The notes beneath the pieces are model-generated. The model was not told where the DNA came from. It saw only the letters and a list, made by a program, of their open reading frames with translations, and made no database searches. From assembly GCF_001194135.2 (NCBI RefSeq), contig NC_068981.1:86288016-86352015 (forward strand): 64,000 nucleotides of DNA, read 5' to 3'. The stretch is from Octopus bimaculoides. Taxonomy: Eukaryota. The position numbers were made by a program, and so were the translations under genes. Positions 1 through 12,161 of the stretch are shown piece after piece. The stretch's first letter is position 1. Each line of letters opens with the position of its first letter.

Positions 1-56
1 CTATATATATATATATATATAAAAATTCAACATTGAATATATTCCGTGTATATATT

Positions 57-97
<41 letters not shown>

Positions 98-120
98 AGG
101 ACATGCATTATACAAATATA

Positions 121-328
121 CAGTAATTCCTCAACATATCGCGGTTCACCTATCCCGCACTCAGTACATCACGGATTTTTCTGGCTAATGTATGTAAATT
201 TATATCGCGGACCCCTCAGTATATCGCGGTTTCTGTGGCCGATAGGTATTTATATATTTTTTTAGATTTTTAATTATTTCAGTGGGAGGCTTTGGAACGT
301 AACACCCGCGATAGTCGAGGGATTACTG
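121..328. mobile_element. Tigger/pogo-like MITE
   Basis: TIRs cagtaattcctcaacatatcgcgg / ccgcgatagtcgagggattactg, with TA on both sides. Confidence 0.8.
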
Positions 329-851
329 TATACACACCCATACATACATAAAATATACAATACCCTGACAAAGATGACTCTTATTTCTCAAGCAAAAGCT
401 GTTCATAAAAAAAAAATTCTAGGTAGTGTACGTGCCTGCACTTGCACTTGCACGCTTGTGTATGCGTGTGAGACAACGCTGGGCATCTTGCTTCTTTTTC
501 TTTGTCTTTCTTTTTTTCATTTATTTAAAAAAATTTTGGTCATTATTAGGTCACATCAAATTTGACAGGCGATGTAAATAGGTATGTATTCATGCATGTA
601 TGCTTTATGCTCCCGCGTGTATGTGTATCTATATTGGTCAAAATATAGTGCAGTATTGCGAGGGGATGTAACTCTTTAAAGGGACATCATTCAGATCATC
701 TTAGTCTTTCGATGAAATGACTCAGATAGATTACAAAATAGAACAGATATAATTGACTAAACACCCGGAAATTAATAAAGATCAAAAATAATTAATGATA
801 GCAAAGTTAAAAATTCTGGTAAATGTTTACTTTAACACCCGACCACTAAAA

Positions 852-1198
852 CGTGGTGTAAGAAGCTTGCTTCCCAACTACATGGTTCCGGGTTCAGTTT
901 CTCTGAGTGGCACCTTTCTCTTCTAATATACCCTCGAGCCGACCAAAGCCTTGTGAGTGGATTTGGTAGACAGAAACTGAAAGAAGCCCGTCATTTATGT
1001 ACGTATGTATTTGTGTGTCTGTGTCCCCCACCGTCGCTCGACAATCGATGTTGGTGTGTTTACGTCCCCGTAATCTAGCGGTTCGGCAAAAGAGACCGAT
1101 AGAATAAGTACAAGTCCTGGAGATCGATTTGTTCGACTAAAGGTGGTGCTCCAGTATGGCCGCAGTCAAATGACTGAAACAAATAAAGGTAAAGATAA
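852..1198 (+). mobile_element. tRNA-derived CORE-like SINE (family A)
   Basis: Head gtggtgtaagaagcttgcttcccaa...ggttcagt and tail gactgaaacaaataaagg. Same family recurs at about 32893, 39084, 39247, 56641 and 58010. Confidence 0.8.
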
Positions 1199-1202
1199 AA
1201 TA

Positions 1203-1825
1203 GGTGTAAATGGATGTGTATTTAACGAATATGTGAACAAAGATTTGCGCCAACGAACCAATTATAAAGAAGTTTGTGCAGAAAATTTGTTTCAGAGGGG
1301 TTGGGAAGAGGACTTCCGACGAGAAAGAATTTCATAAATTATTTTTTGCCTGAGTGTAATAGAAAACGTTTGACAAAAAGAACTTTTAGATTCGTTTATT
1401 TTTCGTTTGAGTAACAGAAAATGGTTTTAAAAAAGATCTCATGTATCATGATGTGGTTCACCAATAACTTGATGTCATTCACTAATAAATCCTTGGCGCA
1501 TTTTTTTATACTGTAAAACGTTCAATACAGCTCTTTCTAAACCCATCAGGTTTGTTAATTTGCTTATAGGCGACCGATAGAACTTGTAATTAACCGAAAA
1601 TATTAAACCAACAAGGAAAGTATCAGATGGTCGTGAGATGTACTAAAAACAACAGCTAAATCGCCCTTAACTTTTTTCCAAAGCACTCAAACAAAAAATA
1701 AGTTATGAGTTTCTTTCTCTTCGAAAGTCCTCTCCCCACCCTCTCGGAAAAAATGTTCCCCTCAAACTTCTTTATGGTCGGTTCGTTGGCGCAAATTTTT
1801 GCTCTAATCCACATTTTTTTACACC
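1203..1825. mobile_element. MITE/non-autonomous DNA element with ~150-bp inverted arms
   Basis: About 1203-1350 is the reverse complement of about 1690-1825 (atttgcgccaacgaacc...aagaagtttg...gaggactt...gagaaagaa). Termini ggtgtaaa/tttacacc, flanked by TA. Confidence 0.65.
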
Positions 1826-2039
1826 TATTACACTTTTTTTTTTTTTTTTTTGGTTTGGTGGCCGAGTGTTAAAGTAAACATTAACCAAAATTCTGTGTGG
1901 AATGTTTTAAAAAGCTTGATAAAAAAAATTCCCCTTGTGAAAGCATATGATTAACATAGAGCCATATTTCAACAACTGGTTTTCTCTTCATGATCAAACG
2001 ATACTTCCCCCCCAATAATTATAGACAACCAACAAAACT

Positions 2040-2650
2040 GAGGTGAGGCTCACAACTAAGTTTTATTAACACATCTGAGACGTTGCTGTTGTTGAAGAAA
2101 GACATTTTAGACTGTCTTTTAGCGTATATTCCACAAGTGGGATGTGTCCTCTCTCTGCCTTTTCTACCTATTCTATAATGACTTCAGCTCCTCGGAGATA
2201 GCTCGGCTCGTGTTACCTCCACTCAAGGCTGGCTCAAAGTACCGGCAACTAGGACAGTCGCCCAGGATGCTAAGTGCTCGGGGGCGCTAAGAAAGGCGAA
2301 ACAAAAACAAGGAAATTTCCACGACCGTCAGCCGAAGTTTAGCTTGCCTGAGGCGCCAGCAACCCTAGGGCCGGCCCTGCCTCCACTCAAGCAATCCTAG
2401 CTTACTAATCTCTGCTCCTCTTATCATTCCCACTAGGCCACCCCCCTAGTTCAACCTTCGATCTCTCACTAACCATTATGCCCAGTCCTTCATTCCTCCC
2501 CCAGACTATCAACTCTCTGGAGTTCTCTCCCTGCTCGTTTCTTTTACTGCAAGTCTTGACATGCAAAATCCAAGAAGAATATTGATTGACACTAATATCA
2601 TCGGCCAAGGAGATCCTGCGAATGCCATGGAAATTTCTCCTTCCTCAACA
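2040..2650 (-). mobile_element. Possible solo-LTR-like remnant
   Basis: GC-richer block. Minus strand starts TGTTGAGGAA; tgttgaagaa at 2090 is its inverted counterpart; minus-strand AATAAA near 2062. No TSD found. Confidence 0.3.
2224..2379. mobile_element. hAT-type MITE nested in the LTR-like block
   Basis: Termini caaggctggc / gccggccctg with exact 8-bp TSD cctccact (2216-2223 and 2380-2387). Confidence 0.8.
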
Positions 2651-4120
2651 TTTAGCATGTAAAAATAAAACAAAATAATAACTGATCAATATACAACTTC
2701 GAATCATAAATAAAGTTAAATTAAGACAAATATTGATTATTACCATCTCTTTCTTTTATACATATAACATACCTTTTGTTTTGACATTGTAATGAAATTA
2801 TAACTATCATTTTGAAAGCGATATGACACAAACACAGTTCAAGAGTAAAACAACTCACACAGATGACGATGAAAATGCTGTTTGACCAAGTTACTACTGT
2901 ATTAATCCGACCACTTCCTTCACTATCGATTAAAATTCTATCCTGTATTTATTCACTGATGAGCATTCAGACTTACGGAGATCATTCTCGTTTAATTACT
3001 TAACTGAATAACAAGGAATTGTCTGTATTTCAACAACTTTATTACAAGTGCTTTGATCGGTATTCTAATTGTATTTTTGGTGACCGGTAATAAAGTTACA
3101 GAAAAAGTCACAATTTTGGCTAGGAAAAAAAGACACAATTAATTTATGGTATCCTGTGATTTTTTATTTTATTTTTTTACTTGCATTCGTATTTTTATAT
3201 GCTTAATCTAAATATGAAAGCAGATTTTTCCTATTCAGCTTAGTTTCTTGTTCTACTTAGATCATTTTTTTTTGTCTTGCTCATCGCTGTATAAAAAATA
3301 TGTGATATTATTATTAATATATATGTTGTATTAATTTTCTTGTAAAATTAGTACTCCTTACTTTTTAGGATGGGAAACAAGTTCTAATAATGCTGGCAGG
3401 ATAAATTATCAGCAAAGTGTTGTATGAGAAGAGTAAATTTGGAAGTTTACCGAATGAATATTGAAATATTTTATTACTGATTTAGATGTAGTCTCTCTCT
3501 CTCTTTATTCTAGCTTGGTTAGAGGATAAGTGTAGTGTCCAATAATCTTCTTAAGGGCTTTTGTGATTAGGTGAAATGAAAAGAGAGAGTTACTTCAAAT
3601 CGGAGAGCTATCAAAAATGGTTAAAGGCATTCGAGAGCCTGATGGCGTTGTTAAATTAGGGAATAGTTAAGTATACCACCCAACCAACCCCAACAATAAA
3701 ATAATAATAATAATAATAATAATGACAGAACCAACACAGTTCCACAGTTTCCGATAATCCAATTTCATTCATATGTTTTGGTTGACTTGAAGCTATCGTA
3801 GAAGAAAATTCCCAAGGTGCCGTGAGAGTGGGATCAAACCCTAGACCTTGTAGCAGGAAAGTAATTTTATTTTAAATCACTGTCATGTTGTGCAAAATAA
3901 AATTAGGCAAGAGTAAAGGACTGCATGTTAAAAGAGATCTTTTCAACATTCCTTGTCACAAATGTAGATATTAAAGAAATAATGAATATTTTGTCTCAAT
4001 AGAACAAAACAAACGAGGAATACTGTTTGTATAATTAAACTATAGGGGAGACAACTCTAACGGGATTATAAAATTTCTTCGAGCCCTATTCTATCTCCTT
4101 TTTCAGAAAGGAAGATAAGA

Positions 4121-5497
4121 GGCCGGACTTTGGCGCACAGTCGCCGATCTTTGCGATTTCTTTTTTTTTTTTTTTTTTCACCGGATTTCAGTTTACGATG
4201 ACGGAGATTCCGAATATGCAGGAAAAAAGCCACGTCTTCAAAATTTTAATTTCCCCCTCCCCACCAAATTTTTAATTTTTAACTCTTATTCGATATTCTT
4301 TTTTACAATCTACGTCGAAAAATATGGAGATTAAGAATATGGTGGGGAGGGAAGCAAATTTTAATTTCAAATTTTTTATGAAAAACTCCAAAATTGATCT
4401 ACAACACCTTTGCCACCCCATCCCGCTGTCTAAAAGTGAAAATGAACGGCTGTTTTGTCCGTTTCCGCATGCATAAATTTATAGTGAAACGGCAAAAGGA
4501 TCACGGCATGTGAAGACCTCACCAGGAAATTCGATATGCTAAAAATAATAGCTAAATGTCTGGAGAAAGACAATAAAAAAGAAAGAAAATGCAAGGGAAA
4601 TTAATTTTGGCGGTAAGGACTAGGCCTTGTTTCATTATCACAACTAAAAAGAAATTCAGAGGTGTAGCATTGCGGAAGTTCATTCCCGTAAGTGGTTTTC
4701 TTGTGCACCCCCCCCCCCCNNNNNNNNNNCACACACACACACATACCTGTCCATATACGTGAATACACATGGCTGAAGTCCCATTTTGTAAAGTTTTTAT
4801 TATTTTGGAATGAAGAACACAAGCATAGGTGCTGAGCCAGTGACTAAACTTGTAGTATTTTGTTGGAATTAATCCAATGAATTGACAGCAAGGTAATTGC
4901 TTCTATCAAAGAATCGTTTACCTTTAAAGCGAAAAAACTAAACCGACATATACGACAGGTAATATAATATATATTTCTGTGTACTGCTTTCTCTGTCCAT
5001 TCGGATAAGTTGTGGAAATTGTTGCGTGCGCACACACACAAACACAAAAATTCTCCAGACATTTAGCTGTTATTTTTAGCATATTGAATTTCCTTGTGAG
5101 GTCTTCACATGCCGCGATCCTTTTGCTGTTCACTATAAATCTGCGCATGCGGAAACGGACAAATCAGCCGTTCATTTTCACTTTTAGACAGCGGGATGGA
5201 GTGGCGAGGGTGGTGTGGATCAATTTTGGAGTTTTTCATAAAAAAATTTGAAATTAAAATTTGTTCCTTTACACTATATTCTTAATCTCCGTATTTTTCC
5301 AAGTAGATTGAAAAAGAAAATCGAATAAACGTTAACAATTTAAAATTTAGAGGGAGGAGGGGGAAATTAAAATTTTAAAGACGTGGTTTTTTGCATATTC
5401 TGAATCTCCGTCATCGAAAACATTAGAATCCCGTGAAAAAAAAAAAAATCAGAAAGATCAGTTTCGGGTGAGGAGGTGACTGTGCGCCAAGTCCGCC
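4121..5497. mobile_element. Large fold-back DNA element with ~447-bp inverted arms
   Basis: 4121-4567 is the reverse complement of 5051-5497 with scattered substitutions. Termini ggccggactttggcgcacagtc / gactgtgcgccaagtccgcc. Confidence 0.8.
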
Positions 5498-5946
5498 ACA
5501 AAATGAAAGACTAATATTAACTTCCGTTGACATATTATATGCAATTTTCATCAATTCTAAACTGTATTTGCTTTTAAAAATCTTATTATGCAAGATGTAA
5601 ACTTGGTTTAGGTGTGTGAGGGGTAATATCAACGTTTTCTTCATTAACCAGGTAAGGTTCGCAAAAAACTACATAATGTTAAATGAAATTAGATGAGAGT
5701 TGAAATGTTTTTACCTGTAAAAATGAATTCTACACTTGTAATTACATTGAAGGATTAAAATAAATCGGTTAGTTTGAAAAATAGAAAAACAGAGCATGAA
5801 AGATACATTCAAATATAAATTAACTTTGGTTCAGGATCATTATTATTAGTCTATCTTGTTTGTTTTCTCGGTTAGCTATGGATTGGATTTTATCTGTAGT
5901 GTAGGAATTTCCAGTATTGATTCTTTCAAAAGAGGTTATATTCATG

Positions 5947-6125
5947 GGTACTACTAAAGCAGCGCGGACCCGAACGCGCAGTCGCGCGTCCACGCTAGCT
6001 AATCGTGAGTGGTCGATCCTAACCCTAACCCTAAACACGTATTCATTTGCACACGCGGGTTAGGGTTAGGATCGACCACTCAAGACTAGCTAGCGCGTTC
6101 GGGTCCGCGCTGCTTTAGTAGTACC
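5947..6125. mobile_element. Merlin-like MITE with internal telomeric repeats
   Basis: TIR ggtactactaaagcagcgcggacccgaacgcgc and its exact complement. Exact 8-bp TSD tattcatg (5939-5946, 6126-6133). Contains cctaaccctaaccctaa and ggttagggttagg. Confidence 0.8.
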
Positions 6126-6374
6126 TATTCATGCTTATTCAGGTCACATTGAGATATATTATTTTCTTTTTATTCTTTTGTTTCAATCTCTGGTTGTGGC
6201 TATGCTGGGGCTCGACGTTGAAGGATTTACTTGATCAAATCGCACCGGTGCCTTTTATTTTTAAAGTTTGGTATTTATTTTATCATTTCTTTTTGCCAAA
6301 TCACTAGGCTATGGGTACGTAAGCAAGCCAACACCAGTTCCCAAACTGTGGGTAGTGATAGATAGATAGATAAA

Positions 6375-6608
6375 GGCGGCGAGCTGGCACAAACGTTACC
6401 CCGCCAGGCGAAATGCTTAGCAGTATTTTGTCTGCCGTTACGTTCTGAGTTCAAATTCCACCGAGGTCGACTTTGCCTTTCATCCTTTCGAGGTCGATGA
6501 ATTAAGTACCAGTTACGGACTGGAGTCGATGTAATCGACTCAATCCCTTTGTCTGTCCTTGTTTGTCCCCTCTATATTTAGCCCCTTGTGGGCAATAAAG
6601 AAATAAGA
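6375..6608 (+). mobile_element. tRNA-derived SINE (family B, gaggtcgactttgcctttcatcctttcg domain)
   Basis: ggcggcgagctggc head to ggcaataaagaaataaga tail. Further copies at about 6990-7580, 10300-10510, 32062-32322 and 55746-55983. Confidence 0.85.
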
Positions 6609-6657
6609 GATAGACAGACAGCGTCGAGCGGCCCGAACTATTCATACATAACTTTTA

Positions 6658-6908
6658 GGTCATCTTCAAGTTTAGGGGGGTAAAAAAGTAAATAAAAATA
6701 TTCAAGGGAAATAACTGAACGACTTACCAGTATTGTCCGTTTTCTTCTAGCTGTTTATAAATAAATCACACCCTAACCCTAACGTCAATCAAATCACGTG
6801 TGTGATTTATTTATAAACAGAGATGTACGGAGAATACTGGTCAGACGTTCAGTTACTTCCCTTGAATATTTTTATTTATTTTTTACCCCCCTAAACTTGA
6901 AGATTACC
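6658..6908. mobile_element. Second Merlin-like MITE
   Basis: Arms ggtcatcttcaagtttaggggggtaaaaaa / ttttttacccccctaaacttgaagattacc. 9-bp TSD taactttta / taaccttta (one mismatch). Central ccctaaccctaa. Confidence 0.7.
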
Positions 6909-6989
6909 TAACCTTTATATATAGTATGCATCACTCATTCACATTATACATCTCTATTTTACACGAAACAGGTCCAAACACGTCGGATA

Positions 6990-7580
6990 AAAATCTAAGC
7001 GCCATTTCTTTCAGCTCTTTACGTTCAGAGTTCAACTCCTGCTGTGGTCAACTTTGCCTTTCATTCTTTCGAAATCGAAAAAACAAAGTACTAGGCAAAA
7101 TGTTTAGCGGCATTTCATCGGCCTTGATTTTCTAAGTTCAAATTCCGCCGAGGTCAACTTTGCCTTTTATGATTTCGTGGTCGATAAAATAAGTACCAGT
7201 TGAGCACTTGGGTCGATGTAATCAACTAGTCCCCTCCCCTAAAATTTCAGGCCTTGTACTTACAGTAGAAAAAATTATTATTAAGGCGGCAAGCTGGTAG
7301 AATCGTTAGCACACCCGGCAAAATGCTTAGCGGTGTTTCGTCTGTTTTTACGTTCAGAGTTCAAATCCCGCCGAGGTCGACTTTGCCTTTCATCCTTTCG
7401 AGGTCGATAAAATAAGTATCACTTGAGCACGGGTTGATGTAATCGACAAGTCCTCTTCCCCAAAATTTCAGCATTTGTGCCAATAGTAGAAAGAATAATA
7501 AATTGAACACTGGTCGATGTAATTGACTCATCCCTTCCCCCAAAACTGCTCCCCTTGTGGAAAAATTTGAAACCATTATA
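6990..7580. mobile_element. Cluster of partial family-B SINEs in both orientations
   Basis: Repeated gttcaaattccgccgaggtc(g/a)actttgcc...gataaaataagtacc motifs; one inverted copy at about 6990-7100. Confidence 0.75.
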
Positions 7581-7621
7581 ATTATTTCTTTTCAAATGAC
7601 AAGAAATAAATGTCTGATACT

Positions 7622-7851
7622 CTCTTTTACTTGTTTCAGTCATTTGACTGCGGCCATGCTGGAGCACCGCTTTTAGTCGAGCAAATCGATCCCGGTACTT
7701 ATTCTTTGTAAGCCTAGTACTTATTCTATCGGTCTCTTTTTGCCGAACCGCTAAGTTACGGGGACATAAACACACCAGCATCGGTTGTCAAGCAATGCTA
7801 GGGGGGCAAATACAGACACACAAACATACACACACACACACACACACATAT
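7622..7851 (-). mobile_element. Young family-A SINE, 3' half (runs into gap)
   Basis: Near-exact reverse complement of 58030-58240 and 33090-33279. Confidence 0.85.
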
Positions 7852-8377
7852 NNNNNNNNNNNNNNNNNNNNNNNNNNNNNNNNNNNNNNNNNNNNNNNNN
7901 NNNNNNNNNNNNNNNNNNNNNNNNNNNNNNNNNNNNNNNNNNNNNNNNNNNNNNNNNNNNNNNNNNNNNNNNNNNNNNNNNNNNNNNNNNNNNNNNNNNN
8001 NNNNNNNNNNNNNNNNNNNNNNNNNNNNNNNNNNNNNNNNNNNNNNNNNNNNNNNNNNNNNNNNNNNNNNNNNNNNNNNNNNNNNNNNNNNNNNNNNNNN
8101 NNNNNNNNNNNNNNNNNNNNNNNNNNNNNNNNNNNNNNNNNNNNNNNNNNNNNNNNNNNNNNNNNNNNNNNNNNNNNNNNNNNNNNNNNNNNNNNNNNNN
8201 NNNNNNNNNNNNNNNNNNNNNNNNNNNNNNNNNNNNNNNNNNNNNNNNNNNNNNNNNNNNNNNNNNNNNNNNNNNNNNNNNNNNNNNNNNNNNNNNNNNN
8301 NNNNNNNNNNNNNNNNNNNNNNNNNNNNNNNNNNNNNNNNNNNNNNNNNNNNNNNNNNNNNNNNNNNNNNNNNNNNT

Positions 8378-8627
8378 GGTGGCGAACCCTGTTGTACTCT
8401 TTCACCACAACTTTCTCTCACTCTTACTTCCTGTTTCTGTTGTGCCTGTAATTCAAAGGGTCAGCCTTGTCACACTGTGTCACGCTGAATCTCCCCGAGA
8501 ACTACGTTAAGGGTACACGTGTCTGTGGAGTGCTCAGCCATTTGCACGTTAATTTCACGAGTAGGCTGTTCCGTTGATCGGATCAACTGGAACCCTCGAC
8601 GTCGTAAGCGACGGAGTGCCAACAATA
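8378..8627 (+). mobile_element. Family-C SINE, 3' part
   Basis: Near-identical to 11010-11245. Confidence 0.85.
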
Positions 8628-9974
8628 AGTGAGATAAATGTGTGATGAGCTTCAGACAGTTCTTTTCTTTTACTTGCTTCGGTCATTAGACTGCAACCAT
8701 GCTGGTGTACTGCCTTAAAGGGTTTAGTCGAACAAATCCACTCCAGTACTTATTTTCCATTCATGCCTGGAATGTACTTTATCGGTCTCTTTTGTCGGAT
8801 ATAAACAATACCAACACCTATTGTCAAATAAGGTGGAGGTGGAAGACAAACATAAATGCGCGCGCGCGCATATATGTATGTATACTCGCATCGTCGTCGT
8901 CATCATCATCGCTTTGTGTCGGACGGAATTTGTTGAGGAAAATTTGCCGATTATCTACAGTTGGATGCCCTTCCTGTCACCAACCCTCACTTGTTCCCAA
9001 ATAAGGTAATATTCCCCATGACCAGACATGTTTTCACGAAAGATTGAAAACGGTCAACTGTCACATGAAATCATGGCAAGGAGGCAGAAACATGCATACA
9101 TGTATGTATGCATGCGCGCGCGCACGCACGCACATTCACAAAGATCTTTTCTCTTTGGTTGCACTTTTTGAAATTTTAAAATTAAGTGAAAATTTTCTAA
9201 TTTGGTTTATTGTTGGAATTTTTCATGCTGAATCTTAGGGCTTAATTCACTTGTGCCAGAAAACTTTGCCAACCAAATTCACTCACAAGGATTTGGTCGG
9301 CTAGGGGCTATAGCAGAAAACATTTCTCAGGGTGTGCGCAGTGCTAGTGAATCCACGACCACATGCTAGCGAAACAAACTTCTTAACCATGCAGTCATAC
9401 TCTGCAAGTTATTTATTAGTCAAAACATGGATAAACTCATCTCTAGTATATAATGAACGGTGCATGACAGTGCAAGGGACTGGCTCCAGTTTTATGTCTT
9501 TGCAAAATTTCACCATAGAAAAAAAACACAGAAAGAAATTAATAAAACTTGCAATGTAAGTTGTTTTGATGTTTTGTTGATACAATCTGGGTAGGAATTT
9601 TATTTGTATACAGGAAATAGCTTAGAAAGATATAACAAAGCATTTTCCCGTTGAAATACAGATAAAATAGATCATAAGTTACAGGCCTTGTTTAGTTTTG
9701 TTCATTATCTTTCGGGATGAAAATGATAGACATCACAACTTTAAAATAATTTGTTTTAATACGTACTTTAAAACCGGCCATGTGTGTATACCTGTGTTTA
9801 GATCTCTACTAACACGACAGCTTGTGTAAGAAATGTGGAAACTAGTGTGAAAGGATAGTGAGAGAACAAAACCAGAGTAACACAAAAAGATTGGGAAGCA
9901 ATATATAAATTGTATCATTAGAAAGAACTCTGACTTAACCATAACTAAAACACTAATCAGTAGGGTTAGCCTAC

Positions 9975-10074
9975 CCGATATTAATTCGCTGTTGTAATGG
10001 AGCAAGAACATTTAATACTCGAATAACGGGTTCAGCCCTTGTCTTAAATAGCTTTATTAACCTCAAGCACTGTA
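9975..10074 (-). CDS. Candidate second exon of the same unidentified gene (L-QCLRLIKLFKTRAEPVIRVLNVLAPLQQRINI-G)
   Basis: Acceptor ttcctttccacttctcAG and donor GG|GTAGGC. The only open frame is phase 1, compatible with the 12162-12276 exon. No homology recognised; could be chance. Confidence 0.2.
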
Positions 10075-10888
10075 CTGAGAAGTGGAAAGGAATAGCAACT
10101 GTCATGCTCTAACTGAGCCTACTCTACTTCTACTGTGGCCACATAAGAATCTATAGACATGCAAACAGACCGAAATATGAAAAGAATACTACACGTCCAG
10201 ACCGTCACATTGCACCCCATACAAGTTATTGTTGCAAATTGGGGTGTGCAATGTGATCCTCAAGTAATGGGAGGCATAGTATATAACGGGAACAACGGAA
10301 GACAGCGAGCTGACAGAAGCGTTAACGCGCAGGACAAAATGCTTAGCGGCGTTTCGTCTGTCTTTAATTTCTGTGTTCATTTTACGTTGAGGCCACTTTG
10401 CCTTTGATCCTTTCGAAGTCGATAAATTAAATACAAATTGAACACTGTGGTTGATGTAATCGGCTATACTCTCCTCCAAAATTTCAGGCCTTGTGCCTAT
10501 TAGTAGAAAAGATATCTGGAATGACAGATCACCTGCATGCTATAGATCTGTTTGCTTGATGTGAACTATCTTGGGCTAACCTACCCTTCTTTAAACATCC
10601 TAACTGTTTCATTCCTCGAATGCTGTACTCTGTTCTTAACACTTCCATGAGAGCTTCGTCTCCAGAATTATAATCATTTGGAAATTTTTTTTCTACCTAC
10701 GTTCTCCTAATAGATATCCAACTATTCGCCAGCAAATTCAGCCTGAATATCAATAGTGCCAGCAAATTAAGTTCTATTTTCATAATCGTTTAGCACCTTA
10801 TGTATATATAATCGATGACAAGGCTTAGTTGTGTATGAACCTTTTTTAAAAATAAATATACATAATATGGCACGGTTACACCAGCTTG

Positions 10889-11245
10889 GGTGGAGGCGCA
10901 ATGGCCCAGTGGTTAGGGCAGCGGACTCGCGGTTTCGATTCCCAGATCGGGCGTTGTGAGTGTTTATTGAGCGAAAACACCTAAAGCTCCACGAGGCTCC
11001 GGCAGGGGATGGTGGCGAACCCTGCTGTACTCTTTCGCCACAACTTCCTGTTTCTGTTGTGCCTGTAATTCAAAGGGTCAGCCTTGTCACTCTGTGTCAC
11101 GCTGAATATCCCCGAGAACTACGTTAAGGGTACACGTGTCTGTGGAGTGCTCAGCCACTTGCACGTTAATTTCACGAACAGGCTGTTCCGTTGATCGGAT
11201 CAACTGGAACCCTCGGAGTCGTAAGCGACGGAGTGCCAACAAAAA
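10889..11245 (+). mobile_element. Full-length tRNA-derived SINE (family C) with 11-bp TSD
   Basis: A-box-like ggcccagtggttagg and B-box-like ggtttcgattccc. TSD acaccagcttg at 10878-10888 and 11246-11256. Confidence 0.9.
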
Positions 11246-11844
11246 ACACCAGCTTGTAAAATTTAAAATGCTACTGCAAGTAATGCAACGTAATAAACTA
11301 GAAGCATTGGGTTGAGATGGGAGGAACCCCTAAATAGTTGCTCAACCTAAAACAGCAACCACATCTCCCACAAATCACATCATCGTCTTAATAATAAATA
11401 AATAAAATGGATGTATACCGATTTAATGACTTTAGTCATTTGTGCACAATCGTGACTAACCTAGGTCTAAACTATTGAATACTTCCTTTCCCTAAGTGGG
11501 GCCAGTCGATTGCCAAATGGAGAATCTGGATAAACGACTTAGAAAAGCTTTTCAGCTTCCAGTATGTTGGTTGATGTGAGGATAGAACGGTGGACACGTT
11601 TTTTAAACCAAGTGACACGTGCTGCGTGTAGAAGTTTATATTGAGGATTACAAGTCCTTATTTACAAGAATAACGGGTAAAATAGCCATTGTAAGTTACA
11701 CATTTCTTCCCATTGATAAGCATGTGCGAAACTAGTTTATATACCTACATACCACTTGAAAGTGTAGAAAAAAAGCCCCCAAAACACAGAAATCATGAAA
11801 GAAATTTATTATAACTGCTTTACTAGTGTGAAACTGGCAGAATG

Positions 11845-11880
<36 letters not shown>

Positions 11881-12161
11881 CAAATTCATCTCATTTCACT
11901 CATAAGTCAATAAAAAAAACTGAAAGACAAGAGCTCAGTTGTAGACCCACCTTTATTCCTATCGTTATTTACAAAGATTCTGAGGGGGTTAACTCAGAAT
12001 TCTACATAAAAGGAAAATATAAGATTTTTTTAAACGTAAAATTTAACCAGGTAAAAAACTATAATTACTCAAGAAAACCTCATAGTAAATATAGATGAAG
12101 TTTTTAAAATTCGTAACATGAAAGAATGTAGTCTCTATATATATGTATATATTATATATAC

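Noticed and set aside
548-579. Plus-strand 32-nt micro-exon signature (ttAG...AG|GTATGT)
   Set aside because: Too short to distinguish from chance without transcript data.
2771-2942. Minus-strand open stretch DRILIDSEGSGRINTVVTWSNSIFIVIC... with GTGAGT/GTATGT donors
   Set aside because: Poor pyrimidine tract, no homology, no compatible neighbour established.
4136-4165. cacagtc near the fold-back termini, suggestive of a Transib/RAG RSS heptamer
   Set aside because: Not terminal, differs from CACAGTG, and no nonamer at 12 or 23 bp on either arm.
7785-8510. Long ORFs spanning N-runs (also 21496-22449, 28011-28652, 56952-58107)
   Set aside because: Artefacts of assembly gaps translated as X.
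10889-10960. tRNA-like A/B boxes (also in other SINE heads)
   Set aside because: No complete cloverleaf; these are SINE heads, not tRNA genes.
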